64,000 bases of DNA from assembly GCF_006345805.1 (NCBI RefSeq), contig NC_043014.1, positions 620,001-684,000 of the forward strand, given 5' to 3'. This DNA is from Octopus sinensis (taxonomy: Eukaryota). The first letter of the stretch is position 1. Each line of letters begins with the position of its first letter. Made by a program: the position numbers and the translations under genes. The notes under the pieces were generated by a model. The model was not told where the DNA came from. It ran no database searches and saw only the letters and a program-made list of their open reading frames with translations. Below, piece by piece: positions 47,975 to 59,893 of this stretch.

Positions 47975-48182
47975 TTAACCCTTTCATTACTGTATTTATT
48001 TTGAGATTCTCTGTTCTTCTCTCAATTATTTTAAATATAACAAAGAATTTAGTAAAATAACTTAGTTATCATTAATCTAGTGTTATGAACATAAATTGTG
48101 ACTAAGGTTTGGTGGAAGATTTTAATTCAAAGCTTATGAAAACAAGAGCCGGTTTCAGCCGGGTTAGTAACGAAAGGGTTAA
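47975..48182. mobile_element. piggyBac-type MITE with TTAA target-site duplication
   Basis: TTAA-CCCTTTCATTAC ... GTAACGAAAGGG-TTAA (11/12 TIR match); 200-bp element with no ORF. Confidence 0.9.
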
Positions 48183-48273
48183 TGAGGTTTCACAATTGTC
48201 TGTATCAAAGATGAATTTTGCTAGGATAGATTTCAGGGTGGTAGCCATGGGATACAAAAAAAATGGGACTCAC

Positions 48274-48349
48274 CAATGGATTATTATTGACAAGATGGCC
48301 ACCAAGATGAGGACAGCACAACATAACACAATTACAGCGATTTTATAGC
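48274..48349 (-). CDS. Same gene: transmembrane exon (G-YKIAVIVLCCAVLILVAILSIIIH-C)
   Basis: Acceptor ttttctattttcag|, donor TG|GTGAGT; 76 nt, phase 1-2; ~21 consecutive hydrophobic residues. Confidence 0.85.
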
Positions 48350-49079
48350 CTGAAAATAGAAAAATTGACGGCAAAGGTCACTCAAAATATACATGCTGCA
48401 TCCATGTGTGTGTGTAGAGGCATGTATGTCCATACTGGCATGGATCGGATAAGGGGATTAAGGGGTTGAAATAAGAGAGAATAGATTAATGTAAAACTGC
48501 AGATTTTCATCCAAGAAAATTTCCTTTAAAGACGTGTTTTCTAACACTGAACGTCTCTAAAGGGATTGTCTCTGGGCAAAAAACTGCAGCCTCTGCTGTT
48601 TAAACAACAAATGTACATAAAGTGATATTGGTAACATTTATGATATAGAGCTGCTGCCTGACATGGATTCTTAGATGGTTTACACACACACACACACATT
48701 ATTTGTTTGTATAAGAGAAATGAAATGAGGAGAATAAATGTTTATTCGTTTACAGCTGTTTCATAATATTATTTAAATAACAGATGTTACACAAACTCAC
48801 ACACACATTAAATATACTTATAAATAAATATCTATGCATTTGTACACCCATATATAGAAGGGTAAAGTAAAAAAAGTAAAGTTACTTTCCCAAGTCATAC
48901 CGAGAAGGTATGGCTTCCTGGGTTCATGGCATCTATACTCCCCACCTGGGTGGGACACTGGTCCAGTGCAGATATAGATGGGTACCGAGAACCCTCACCA
49001 TTGATTCATGGTAGTCAAAAGTATCAACTCAAGGCCAGTCTTTGGTTGAGACTGTTAGCTTACTTCTCAGCACTCTTTA

Positions 49080-49109
<30 letters not shown>

Positions 49110-49115
<6 letters not shown>

Positions 49116-49665
49116 TATAGGAATCTCTTCAATAGGCAAAACCTAAAAATTAGTTTTAGTTCAACCCTAAACTTTAAAAACATAATTACACACAATGCAA
49201 CACAACAACACAAAGCCGTCTGTTCCTGCAGGGATAAAGACTTGTGCCCGCTAAATGGAGCCTGTATGACCGAGGCCATTATTTATGAAGCCACCATAAA
49301 TTCTACAAATACTAATAATACAGTTTCATCCAAGAGATATGTGGGTCTCACAGAGGGAAATTTCAAAGCAAGGTTCAACAATCACACCTTAAGCTTCAGA
49401 CACTGGAATGAATGAAGAAATACCAAATTATCCAGTAAAATATGGTTCTTAAAAGAACAAAGTGTCATCTATAAGATTTACTGGAAGACCTTGGCCAAGT
49501 GTAAACCTTATAGCAAAAGTAGTGGCAAGTGTGGTCTTTGTGATATGGAAAGATGGCTCATCTGGAAATGTTCCTTGGACCCCACTACATGTCTGAATTC
49601 AAGGACTGAAATTTTTGGATTACGTCCACATCTGACAAAATACTTGTTACGGTTTTGCCCCAGAT
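49110..49665 (+). mobile_element. Penelope-like element 3' remnant (Cys-rich linker plus GIY-YIG)
   Basis: CSCRDKDLCPLNGAC..IIYEAT..KRYVGLTEGNFKARFNNHTLSFRH, *RNTKLSSKIW, KCKPYSK..CGLC..E..I..LNSR.EI; contains in-frame stops. Confidence 0.9.
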
Positions 49666-51177
49666 CACGGCTACAATCCACATTTTTACTATGTTCCTGT
49701 ATAAGCTAACTATATGTCTTAACTTCTTTTAATTGTTTCTTTTTTAATTGTGTGAATGTGTACGTGTGTGAGTATATGTACATGTATGTATATATTTTAT
49801 ATGTATATGAGTGTGCATGTGTATATGTATGTATATGAGTGTAAAACTGTGTCCGGTGCATAAGTGTGACTTTCATACACATGTCCTCTTCATTTATACA
49901 GATATGCATATGTTTATATATTGCAGATGTAGGTGTGTAATAGGAGGGTGTATATATATTTATATATATATAATATATAATGCAGGAGTGTGAATGCATG
50001 TCTGAATATATATATATGTATAGCTCTGTCTGGCACCTGTGCGGGTGGCACGTAAAAAGCACCCACTACACTCACGGAGTGGTTGGTGTTAGGAAGGGCA
50101 TCCAGCCGTAGAAACACTGCCAGATTTGACTGGGCCTGATGAAGCCTTCTGGCTTCACAGACCCCAGTAGAACCGTCCAACCCATGCTAGCATGGAAAAC
50201 GGACGATGATGATGATGATGATGATGATGATAAATGTCTAAATATATGTGTATTATTTTACGTGTATGCCTGTAAACACCTATGTGTATATGAGGATGAG
50301 GTTACGTACACATATACATGTGTGCATGTGTATAGATATGTGTATGTATGAGTACGTACATACACATTTGTGTGTGTGTATGTGCATGTACATATGTAGA
50401 TGTGAACGCAGGAGGTTTATGTCTATGTATTGTGAGGATATGGTTGCATGTAATTTTTATTGTTTTTCTTTTTTCACTTTTCCCACCTATTAGAGTAACT
50501 TCCCTTTTTATTCAACGGTTATTTCATAGCGTCTCTTGCCATTAATAACCGATGAGAATGCATTGTAACTCTTTGCTCCAACATTTGAAACTCCGAGTGC
50601 TATAACGACAACTTTTTACTGTTTATTCTAAATTGTAACGTATATAAATATCCTCTATTTATCTAATATTGAGGTCTCATTCTTTTTTGGGTACTTTTTA
50701 TTACATATATATATATGTGTGTACACAGGTGCATGGCTTAGTGGTCACAAATGCAAGACCATGGGTTCAATCCCCAGACCGGGCATTGCATTGTGTTCTT
50801 GAGCAAAGTACTTCATTTCACGTTGCTCTGATGGACGGAGTGAGCTTATATCTACACAAACATTCGATCACTATAAACAAATGATGTGTGTGATCGATAA
50901 GAAATGGTTGAACCCTCATACATTGTCTAAGAACGGGAGAGTCCATCATAAGGGTGTACACAGGCATATATGGTTATATGGATATTTTATGTCTGTAAAT
51001 GTTGATGTAACATCTACTCTATAACTAATAAGATGATGAAACACTTGTAAACAAATGGAACAAACATATATTCTCTCACCGGTCTTCTTTTCTCTGTTCT
51101 ATTTATAGAGATTTTTGTTAGCCATGCGCTTAATGAAGAGCTGAAAGTGAGATCTGTTTGATTCTTTGAACCTCTAT

Positions 51178-51212
<35 letters not shown>

Positions 51213-52402
51213 CCCCCTGCCATCCCAGTCCTTTATATATATCATAACTGGATGCTTTTGTCATCACACCAGTCCCACCATGGGGCTATAATAGTGTGTG
51301 CACAGGCATGCCCCATCCTATTCCTTCATATTACTTCCAAGAGAAATGACAACCAGCAACGATTATCAATAAACTATAAACAAAAACCCCAGGAAATGCG
51401 CATTAGCGCCGGCAATTAACTAGCTGGTTCTAGATTATTAATTAGGGCTAATTATAGAAAATATGTCAAATTGGTACTTCAGCACGGTTCAGTTTGAAGT
51501 AGCAGGGGTAGTGGTGATGGTGGAGGGGGGGTTGAATGTTAACAAATATCTCAATACAGCAAAGATGGTTATGATGATGATGATGATGATGATAAGTAAT
51601 TATTAGCAACACACAGAGAGAAAGCTCCAGCTGACCAGGTCAGTAGAGAAGTAGACAATCAACTGGTCACCTCAGTGATCTCATATCTTTCCCAGTCCAC
51701 CTGGCTGTAAATAGGTACCCCAGGCAGATGTAGTCCACACATGTTAATGTTTTTCTATGGTGCCAAGTTCAAGCCTTACCATTGCCACCAGAGGCTCGGA
51801 TGGTTGTGGGGTCACTTCTTCAGCTGAGAACTGCACTGTGTCCTTGAGCAAGGTGCTTCATTTTAAGTGAGCTCACTTTCTGTCTTCATTCCCTCCACAA
51901 TTCACAATCCCTCCAGTACCACATGCTCCCCTCCTTCAATGCCCTTCCCACCCATCCCCACCACACTCCACTACCATTCAACTTTTCCCCAGTTTTTCAC
52001 ATCTTCTCTCTATTCTTTCCTGGCTACATTGCCATTCTACCATTCTATTTCACATCATCCTCATCATTTAGCATCCATTTTCGATGCTGGCACGGGTTGA
52101 ATGGTTCGACAGGAGCTGGCATGGCCAGAGAGCTGCACCAGGTCCCAATTATCTGTTTTGGCATGGTTTTCTACCGCCAGATGACCTTCCAACTGCCAAT
52201 CCCCTTACAAGTCAACCACAAGTGCTTTTTCTGTGGTACCATTACATCATATCATGAATAATTCTACAATTCTACGATAGAATGGACTGACGGAAGATTC
52301 AAAATATGAACGAATATAAACAGGAGAATCCATTTAAAAAGTTTTTGATATCTGTTGTGGAGGTATTGAGTGCTGCATTTGCCAAGAAATTGGTCATCAT
52401 AC

Positions 52403-52516
52403 CTGCTAAAGTTGCGAGGCAAATTTCTGCAAGGCTTCTGCCTTTTTTAGGTTTGTCAGAAACTGGACAGGAAATAAAATCTTGGAGGCTGACATCCTTC
52501 ACAGTCTGATGAATCA
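52403..52516 (-). CDS. Same gene: stalk exon (IHQTVKDVSLQDFISCPVSDKPKKGRSLAEICLATLA)
   Basis: Acceptor ttcttctgatttcag|, donor CAG|GTATGA; 114 nt, phase 1-1; only that frame is open. Confidence 0.65.
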
Positions 52517-53438
52517 CTGAAATCAGAAGAAAAATGAAGTTTAAAGAAACCAGAACCAACGACAGTCTGCAAGTTGGTAGAGTTTAACAGTTGTTGGTAT
52601 GGGACTTTGGTTTTATATATGGAGGCTGAATAGTTGCAGGGGATAAAAGACTGCAAATAATTCTGATAGGCACCAATTTATGGTTGTACGAGTTGTTGTG
52701 CAAACCAATGTTACCAAGACAGCTTTGTGCCTCTTATCAGGAGACACCTATTGCTGGACTGCATCTTGTCTGTCAACCCCTCTTATTACACTGACCCCTG
52801 TCTACCCTCAGTCACACTACCCCTGACATGCTGCCAACTGTGTGAACAGTGACAGCACTTTCTTAATGCTAGAAGCTCTGGGTCAAGAGGATCTCAACCA
52901 ATTACTGGTATCTTGATCTTTGCAATGTTAACCTTCAGGTCTTTTCCCACAATTTCAATTTTTCAAATTCAAATTTCTCATTATTTATTCAACAATTTTC
53001 ACAGCAATACCAATACAGAAAACCTCTGATCCTGGTTGCTTGATCAGGGAATCGGGGTTAAACAACAACAAGAACAAGATCAAAGACCCTTAGCGCTTGA
53101 TGCAGTTTAAAGGTCAACAAAGCTGGCTTTCCTGAAGGCATGTGTAGAGAACATTCCTCTCCATGGGGTCAATGCCTGGACTACGAAGAAAGAACTACAA
53201 GATCCCTTTCATGACATGTATCTCAGAAGTGTTCAGAACATCTCATAGCATGAACGCAAGAATTAAGAAATTTACAGACACATTCTACCTATGTCTGTAA
53301 TAATTGGTCAAAACAGGGTCGAGTTTTCTGACCCCTGCTATTTTGCTGAACAACAAGGCCATATTAGTCAGATGTTATATTTTAGAGACTTCCATTCCCC
53401 AGTAGAGGATGAACACCACTCAGCCACTTTGATGTTGT

Positions 53439-53476
<38 letters not shown>

Positions 53477-54005
53477 CATGAAATTGAGAATCTACATTTT
53501 TGATCTTGTTTCTGCTGGATAAGAAATGACCTAGGGCTGAACAGTCAGCAATTCAACCAACACAACCCCCTCTGTTGGTACTCCACAGCCACCTAAAGCC
53601 ACTCCATCCCACCTTCTGTATAACCCTAACCCTAACATCACTCTCTGACTTCCCTGCATCTTAAACAAGTAAGTCTCTCTGCTGTCATTTGATTTGCTAG
53701 AGATAACAACTAAATTCTCTTACTGTCTGAAAACAAGAAGGACTTGAGACAATGTTGTTCTTGATGTACAAAAAGGGGAAAAAATTAAATAGTCATGGCT
53801 GGAACATGTTTGGTCTGTTCCAGCTCAAATAGGGTCCACCTCATAGGACAATGTCCTCCTATATATAAACATTTGTGTTGACTTGTGGCTCTCTACATTA
53901 AATTACTAAAGAAGGTGAGGGCTTCTAGAATGGAATTCTATTGGACCTTGCTACATCATCAGTCCTGCTTCTATTCACTGATAACAGAATGTCCTCCTTT
54001 CTTAC

Positions 54006-54047
54006 ATTGTAATCCCAACAAAGATTTCTTTTGAAAACAGGTTTCAA
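54006..54047 (-). CDS. Same gene: 42-nt exon (F-ETCFQKKSLLGLQ)
   Basis: Acceptor gacttttatag|, donor AAT|GTAAGA; phase 1-1, open. Short, so it could be skipped without breaking frame. Confidence 0.55.
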
Positions 54048-54325
54048 CTATAAAAGTCACAACTGGTTCAAATATTTCATTTCTAAGAAGTCCCAACACC
54101 TCTAAACATGCAGTGAGGGACCCTTGATATAAGCAGACAATGTTCCCGATGAGCACCCACCACCTAGGTTACATTAGATAATGTATTCCTATATGGACTA
54201 GTCCTTGAAAGAGGGGATGGTCACTGCTTCATCATGTCTGCTCAATTGGACTAATTATGGAAGCAAACAGTGACTCGATCAGTTTCCAAAATATTAGGAC
54301 AAAGTAACCGTACCCGGGTACTTAC

Positions 54326-54637
54326 ATTTTGCTACCAACCAAGTCGGTGACTTAGGATCAATAGTTAGGTCTATTGCTTCATTTGCTGTGACATTGATAA
54401 CTAAAGCTCGATATAACGGTTTCTGTTCATGATGATTACGATGATGCATTGCCAAGAGGCTGGCGTCAGAGGCATTGAGGACGTAAAGTATCAACATTCC
54501 ATTGGTGAGAGTCTTCAGCCTCCAATTACATCTTGTAATAGTTTCCATATTATGTGGTGTAACAAGGAAGATTTGGTCTTCTAAATCTCTGGAATTTGTC
54601 TTGTCTGAACACACATGTTCTTTTTCATTCTTAACAT
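54326..54637 (-). CDS. Same gene: CUB-like exon (DVKNEKEHVCSDKTNSRDLEDQIFLVTPHNMETITRCNWRLK...SPTWLVAK)
   Basis: Acceptor ttttcctttggtag|, donor AAT|GTAAGT; 312 nt, phase 1-1, open; CUB-like C..LxxP..CxW pattern; sequons NAS, NVT. Confidence 0.8.
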
Positions 54638-54902
54638 CTACCAAAGGAAAACAAAAGCAAAAAATTAAAAGAAGAAAGGAAATTATAGAAAGAAACAAAT
54701 AAAATGACATCATTTTAAAACAAATCACTGACTCTCTGTTAATTGTGACAAGTAACACATGAAAATACCGCTTAGCATTTCGCCTGGTTTGCTAACAATT
54801 CTGCCAGCTCAGCACCTTAGTAATAATAATAATAATAATAATAATCTACAGATTGAATTTATAAATATTCCAATGTGTCGCTATGGGAGTTTCCACAAAC
54901 CT

Positions 54903-55051
54903 CATGTTTCTTCCAACCATAATCCATATTCCTCGGATGGCTACAGTACAGTTTGTACTGTCCATGAACAAAGACCCACCTGATGCCTATGGATATTACA
55001 AACTGTATTGTAATCAGCCCAAGAATGCAGGTGATGGTCACAAAAAACATG
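54903..55051. repeat. Imperfect ungapped inverted repeat (63-bp arms, 23-nt loop)
   Basis: 46/63 positions complementary by manual alignment. Confidence 0.85.
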
Positions 55052-55130
55052 GAAAGATGCATAGCAAAGCCTTAAAATAGTTGTAAATTCCATCCATGGA
55101 TTATTATCATCTGTAGATAAAAAACTGAGA

Positions 55131-55200
<70 letters not shown>

Positions 55201-55626
55201 CATTAAAACTCAAGAACTACCCAAACGATTAATAGTGTTGATGGTGGCAGTGGGAGTAATAACGAGAGAGAGAGAGAGAGAGTGAGTGACCACTGAACTA
55301 ACAGGCTGAAGTAGCACTGAATGAACACACATTTAGCCTTTTTGTGTGTATGTATATATATGTATGTATATGTATATATGTGTATATGTATGTGTATATA
55401 TATGTATGTATATATATGTATATATATTATCACCGTGACCGACCAGACCATCAGATGTTGCTACACATCGCCGGTCACAATGCGTTTCGCATTGTTTTTT
55501 AGCCTTTCAAATGACGCCACTCCGCTGGCTAAGAGAGCAGGCCAATATATATATTATATACGTATGTATATATATGTATATACGTATGTATATGTACGTA
55601 TATATATGTATATGTATATATATATA

Positions 55627-55676
<50 letters not shown>

Positions 55677-55679
55677 TAA

Positions 55680-56088
55680 TCAGCGTCGCCTTACTGGCAC
55701 TTATGCCTGTACTAGTAGGGTGCCAAGAACACCATCCGAGCGTGATCGTTGTGATCGTTGCCGGAGCAGCCAAATGGCTTCCGTACCCGTAAAAGGGCAC
55801 CATTTGAGCGTGATCGTTACCAACGTTGCTTCACTGGCACCTGTGTTGATGGCACGTGTAAAAAGATTCGAGCGAGGTCATTGCCAGTACTGCCTGACTG
55901 GGCACGTAAAAAGCACGAACTACACTCTCGGAGTGGTTGGCGTTAGGAAGTGCATCCAGCTGTAGAAACTATGCCAGATCAAGACAGGAGCCTGGTGCAG
56001 CCATCTGGTTGCCAGCCCTCAGTCAAAACCGTCCAACCCATGCTAGCATGGAAAACGGACGTTTAATGATGATGATGATGATGATGAT
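55680..56088 (+). mobile_element. RTE-tail SINE-like repeat, family D, ending (GAT)n
   Basis: gtaaaaagcac..cactacactc..gagtggttggcgttaggaag.gcatccagc..accgtccaacccatgctagcatggaaa..(gat)n. Copies at ~55-260, 420-570, 12580-12950, 33140-33360, 42310-42550, 50030-50230, 52070-52220, 61790-62160; shares its 3' end with the RTE at 27480-27660. Confidence 0.85.
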
Positions 56089-56395
56089 ACAGGCTGACCA
56101 AAGCCTTGTGAGTGGATTTCGTACACAGAAACTGAAAGAAAACTGTTGTATATATGTGTAGATTTATGTGTGTGTGTTTGTACCCGCACTATCGCTTGAC
56201 AACCGATGTTGGTGTGTTTACATCCCCATAATTTAACGGTTCATTACTAGGCTTACAAAGAATGAATCCCGGGGATCGATTTGTTTGACTAAAGATGGTG
56301 CTCCAGCGTGGTTGCAGTCACATGACTGAAACAAGTAAAACAACAAAACAACTATGCCATTTTAACCCTGAGAAATGCTGGGTATTTTTTTTTTT

Positions 56396-56790
56396 TTTAC
56401 TTGTTTCAGTCATTTTGACTGCGGCCATGCTGGAGCACCGCCTTTAATCGAGCAATTCGACCCCGGGACTTATTCTTTGTAAGCCCAGTACTTATTCTAT
56501 CGGTCTCTTTTTGCTGAACCGCTAAGTAACGGGGACGTAAACACACCAGCATCGGTTGTCAAGCAATGCTAGGGGGACAAATACAGACACACAAACATAC
56601 ACGCACATACATATATATACATATATACGACGGGCTTCTTTCAGTTTCCGTCTACCAAATCCACTCACAAGGCATTGGTCGGCCCGAGGCTATAGTAGAA
56701 GACACTTGCCCAAGGTGCCACGCAGTGGGACTGAACCCGGAACCATGTGGTTGGTTAGCAAGCTACTTACCACACAGCCACTCCTGCGCC
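56396..56790 (-). mobile_element. tRNA-derived ~400-bp SINE, family A, full-length
   Basis: Head ggcgcaggagtggctgtgtggt (A box)...gggttcagtccc (B box), CORE-like ccttgggcaagtgtctt, internal (TA/TG)n, A-rich tail. Confidence 0.9.
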
Positions 56791-57362
56791 TATCTCTGCT
56801 TGTTATTACTATATTTATCTTGCATTAAATTGGCACAGATCGGAACAATGCCATAAACCTGCTGTTGCAAATTGGAATCATTAGCCTGCAGCCAACATAA
56901 ATAACAGAGGAGCTGTTAAGTGCATCCTCAGAAACGTTTCCCATGCACACACACACACACACACACGTCTGCATGCAATGGTTTCCGTCTACCAATTCCA
57001 ACGATGAGAGTCAACCTATGGCTGCAGAAGACATTAGTTAAAGGCATTGTGCAGTGGGTTTGAACCTGGAATGGTGAAGATCAGAGCTGATTTCATTGGG
57101 ATTTAAATGTCATGAATATTAAAGAATCCTGTGCCTAACCTGCCAAGCATATGGCACTTTGAAATTGTTGTATTCTTGACATCCACAGTTTTCAAAACTA
57201 CAGGATGTACAATGGACTTAGAATTCAGAGGAATGTGTGTGTGTGTGTTGATATACAAGTGAATGTGTGAGAGAAAGAGACAGCAAAAACACACACACAC
57301 ACACACACAGAGAGATAGACAAAGAGAGGGAAAGAAAAATAAAGAGACAGTGACATGGAACA

Positions 57363-57397
<35 letters not shown>

Positions 57398-57398
57398 C

Positions 57399-57614
57399 CT
57401 GGGATGCAGCCATAAAGTATTCTGGCATCTATTGATGCATTCTGACAAGAATGTGGCATGTTGCACTTTCGGTATCTGTTGCAATAAAACTTGAGATCTT
57501 GAAGACATTTCCAATCACTGTCCATCAAGGCATTTAACTTTTCAATGAACATCACACTCCCATTATTGCAGGCAAATGTCTGGGCCCTGATGTGGGTGGA
57601 GCAAAATTCAGTTC
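57399..57614 (-). CDS. Unnamed type-I membrane protein: SUEL/Gal-lectin-like exon (TEFCSTHIRAQTFACNNGSVMFIEK...CLQDLKFYCNRYRKCNMPHSCQNASIDARILYGCIP)
   Basis: Acceptor tttctctcctcctcag|, donor CAG|GTATGT; 216 nt, phase 1-1, open; 7 Cys in SUEL-like spacing ending Y-x-C-x-P; N-glycosylation sequons NGS, NAS. Confidence 0.75.
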
Positions 57615-58234
57615 CTGAGGAGGAGAGAAAAATTTATACAAAATATATATTTTTTTTTGTGAAAATGTCTGAAGATAGGGAGAGACCCAGGAGAAGTTTA
57701 TGGATTATGCAACTGGCATTCTGTTGGTTCTAATAATGAGGATTCCAGTTGATCCAATAGTGGAACAGCCTGCTTATGAAATCAACTTATAAGTGGTTGA
57801 ATACCCCACAGACATGCATACCTTTAATGTAATTCTTGGGGAGATTCAGTGTGACACAGAATGTGACAAGGCTGGCCCCTTGTGAATTACAGGTACAGCT
57901 AATTTTTGCCAGGTGAGTGGATGGAAGCAACATGAAATAAAGTGTCTTGCTAAAGGACACAGTGTGTCCCAGGGTATGAAACTCGTGACCTTGCAATCAT
58001 GAGGTGAATATTCAAACAATTAACCATGGGTGCTCCCAATAATGATGTTCTTAGAAAACAGGGGTCAAATTTAGTAGAATTGGGGGCCAATGGGTGGAGG
58101 CTACAATGACTGATTTGGTTCTTCAAGTTTCTCAGTTTGATTCTTAACACTTTGTATGCCATGAATCCACCCAACACCCAATATGTTGATTTGATATTGC
58201 CTAAAATCACCCATATGAAATCACTCATCTCTCT

Positions 58235-58641
58235 TTACTCTTTTACTCTTTTACTTGTTTCAGTCCTTTGACTGTGGCCATGCTGGAGTGCCGCCTTTAG
58301 TCGAGCAAATCGACCCCAGGACTTATTCTATGTAAGCCCAGTACTTATTCCATCGGTCTCTTTTGCCGAACTGCTAAGTGACGGGGACGTAAACACACCA
58401 GCATCGGTTGTCAAGCAATGCTAGGGGAACAAACACAGACAAACAAACACATACACACACACACACACACATATATATATACATATATACCACTGGCTTC
58501 TTTCAGTTTCCGTCTACCAAATCCACTCACAAGGCATTGGTCGGCGCGGGGCTATAGCAGAAGACACTTGCCCAAGATGCCACGCAGTGGGACTGAACCC
58601 GGAACCATGTGGTTGGTTAGCAAGCTACTTACCACACAGCC
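58235..58641 (-). mobile_element. SINE family A copy
   Basis: Near-identical to 56396-56790; (AAAGAGTA)n tail. Confidence 0.9.
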
Positions 58642-58714
58642 TTGTTTTAAAGGAAGTTATGAACTCTCTAGTAAAGGAGATAACTTTAATCTCTTCCTCT
58701 GTCATTTATTCAGT

Positions 58715-58776
58715 ATTCTGTAAATGCCAGGGTCATTCTGTAAATGCCAGGGTCATTCTGTAAATGCCAGGGTCAT
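58715..58776. repeat. Perfect 20-bp tandem repeat x3
   Basis: attctgtaaatgccagggtc. Confidence 0.97.
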
Positions 58777-59698
58777 AATTGAGGCTTGTGAGGCTGCAAT
58801 TTGGTGGAATTGTTTTTGGAGTTTATTTGTTTTTCCATCCTCTGTGAAAGGAACATCCCTCACCTTGCTGAGACTGTGTCCTTAACCCAGTGAGGAGGAC
58901 CCACATCCCTATCTCTGTTTCTTTTTTCAAAGCCTTCCTTTTTTAGATATCTCAAACCACATTCCTGCCCACATATCAGGGTCACTGCTGCTGATATACA
59001 CACACAAACCTCCATTACAATACTGACCCCATCTAAGGGATGCTGCTGTTGTTGCTGTTATGCACAGAAAAATCCTTAGCCACACTTGAAAGCCTCCCCT
59101 TCACCCACAATTGCTGACCCTCCCCCCACACACTTCTGTCTATACTTCTACCACTACTTAACCACCAACTAGGGGCCACACTTGACAAATCCCCTTGAGA
59201 CATGCCTCTTCTCTTTTTCTTTGATTATCTTACAAATCCTTCGCTAAATATTTTATGCAATCCTTTCTCTACAGACTAACCCCCCCACACACACACCACC
59301 ACTATTAGAATTCCTCTCTGCATTTCTTCCACATCAGACATCAAGCTAAATATGAATGTCTCACCAGTGATAAAGAACCTATTACCCCCATTGATACACT
59401 GATCCTTTCTCACACAACATCTACGTAGATAGGGTCTCCCATACTCAAGGTTTCGTGTAAAAACTCTAAAAGTGTCTTTTCATAAAATTTCATTAAAATA
59501 TTTTCCATAGAAGAAGAAGAAAACAAAATTCCCTGCTCTTCACCATTTTCAAATAGTAAGTAATTAGATAATTATATCAAAATATGGGATGAATGAAATA
59601 ATGGGATTTGGTTAGGAATTTATTTATGGCAGTCATTGCGTACTCACTATCTACTGGCCTTATGGGACAGGAAATAAGCCTACACACATACGCACATT

Positions 59699-59741
<43 letters not shown>

Positions 59742-59859
59742 CATATATATATATGTACACACACACACACACACACACTGCTATTGTATATAATACCCAT
59801 GAAAGAATGAAAGCAGGTGCTCATCCTTACAACTCTAAGTCCATTGTGTGTGCATATTT

Positions 59860-59893
<34 letters not shown>

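Noticed and set aside
51080-51373. Candidate exons 51335-51373 (LLIIVAGCHFSW) and 51080-51140 as the receptor TM region
   Set aside because: Out of phase with the upstream exon by one base; the 48274-48349 exon gives a full TM helix in the correct phase.
54859-55062. Signal-peptide-like ORF MHLSMFFVTITCILGLITIQFVISIG
   Set aside because: Lies in the intron downstream of the SUEL-like exon, inside the inverted repeat, and has no good phase-1 donor.
56720-56790. tRNA-like sequences with A and B boxes
   Set aside because: They are SINE heads continuing into a conserved repeat body; no proper cloverleaf.
57141-57215. Cys-rich candidate exon VHCTSCSFENCGCQEYNNFKVPYAWQ
   Set aside because: Ends in phase 0 and breaks the chain; direct SUEL-to-CUB splicing is in frame.
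59648-59679. 32-nt candidate leader exon (LISCPIRPVD) for the receptor
   Set aside because: Phase fits (2-1) and the donor is good, but no matching upstream ATG/hydrophobic exon was found; left unassigned.
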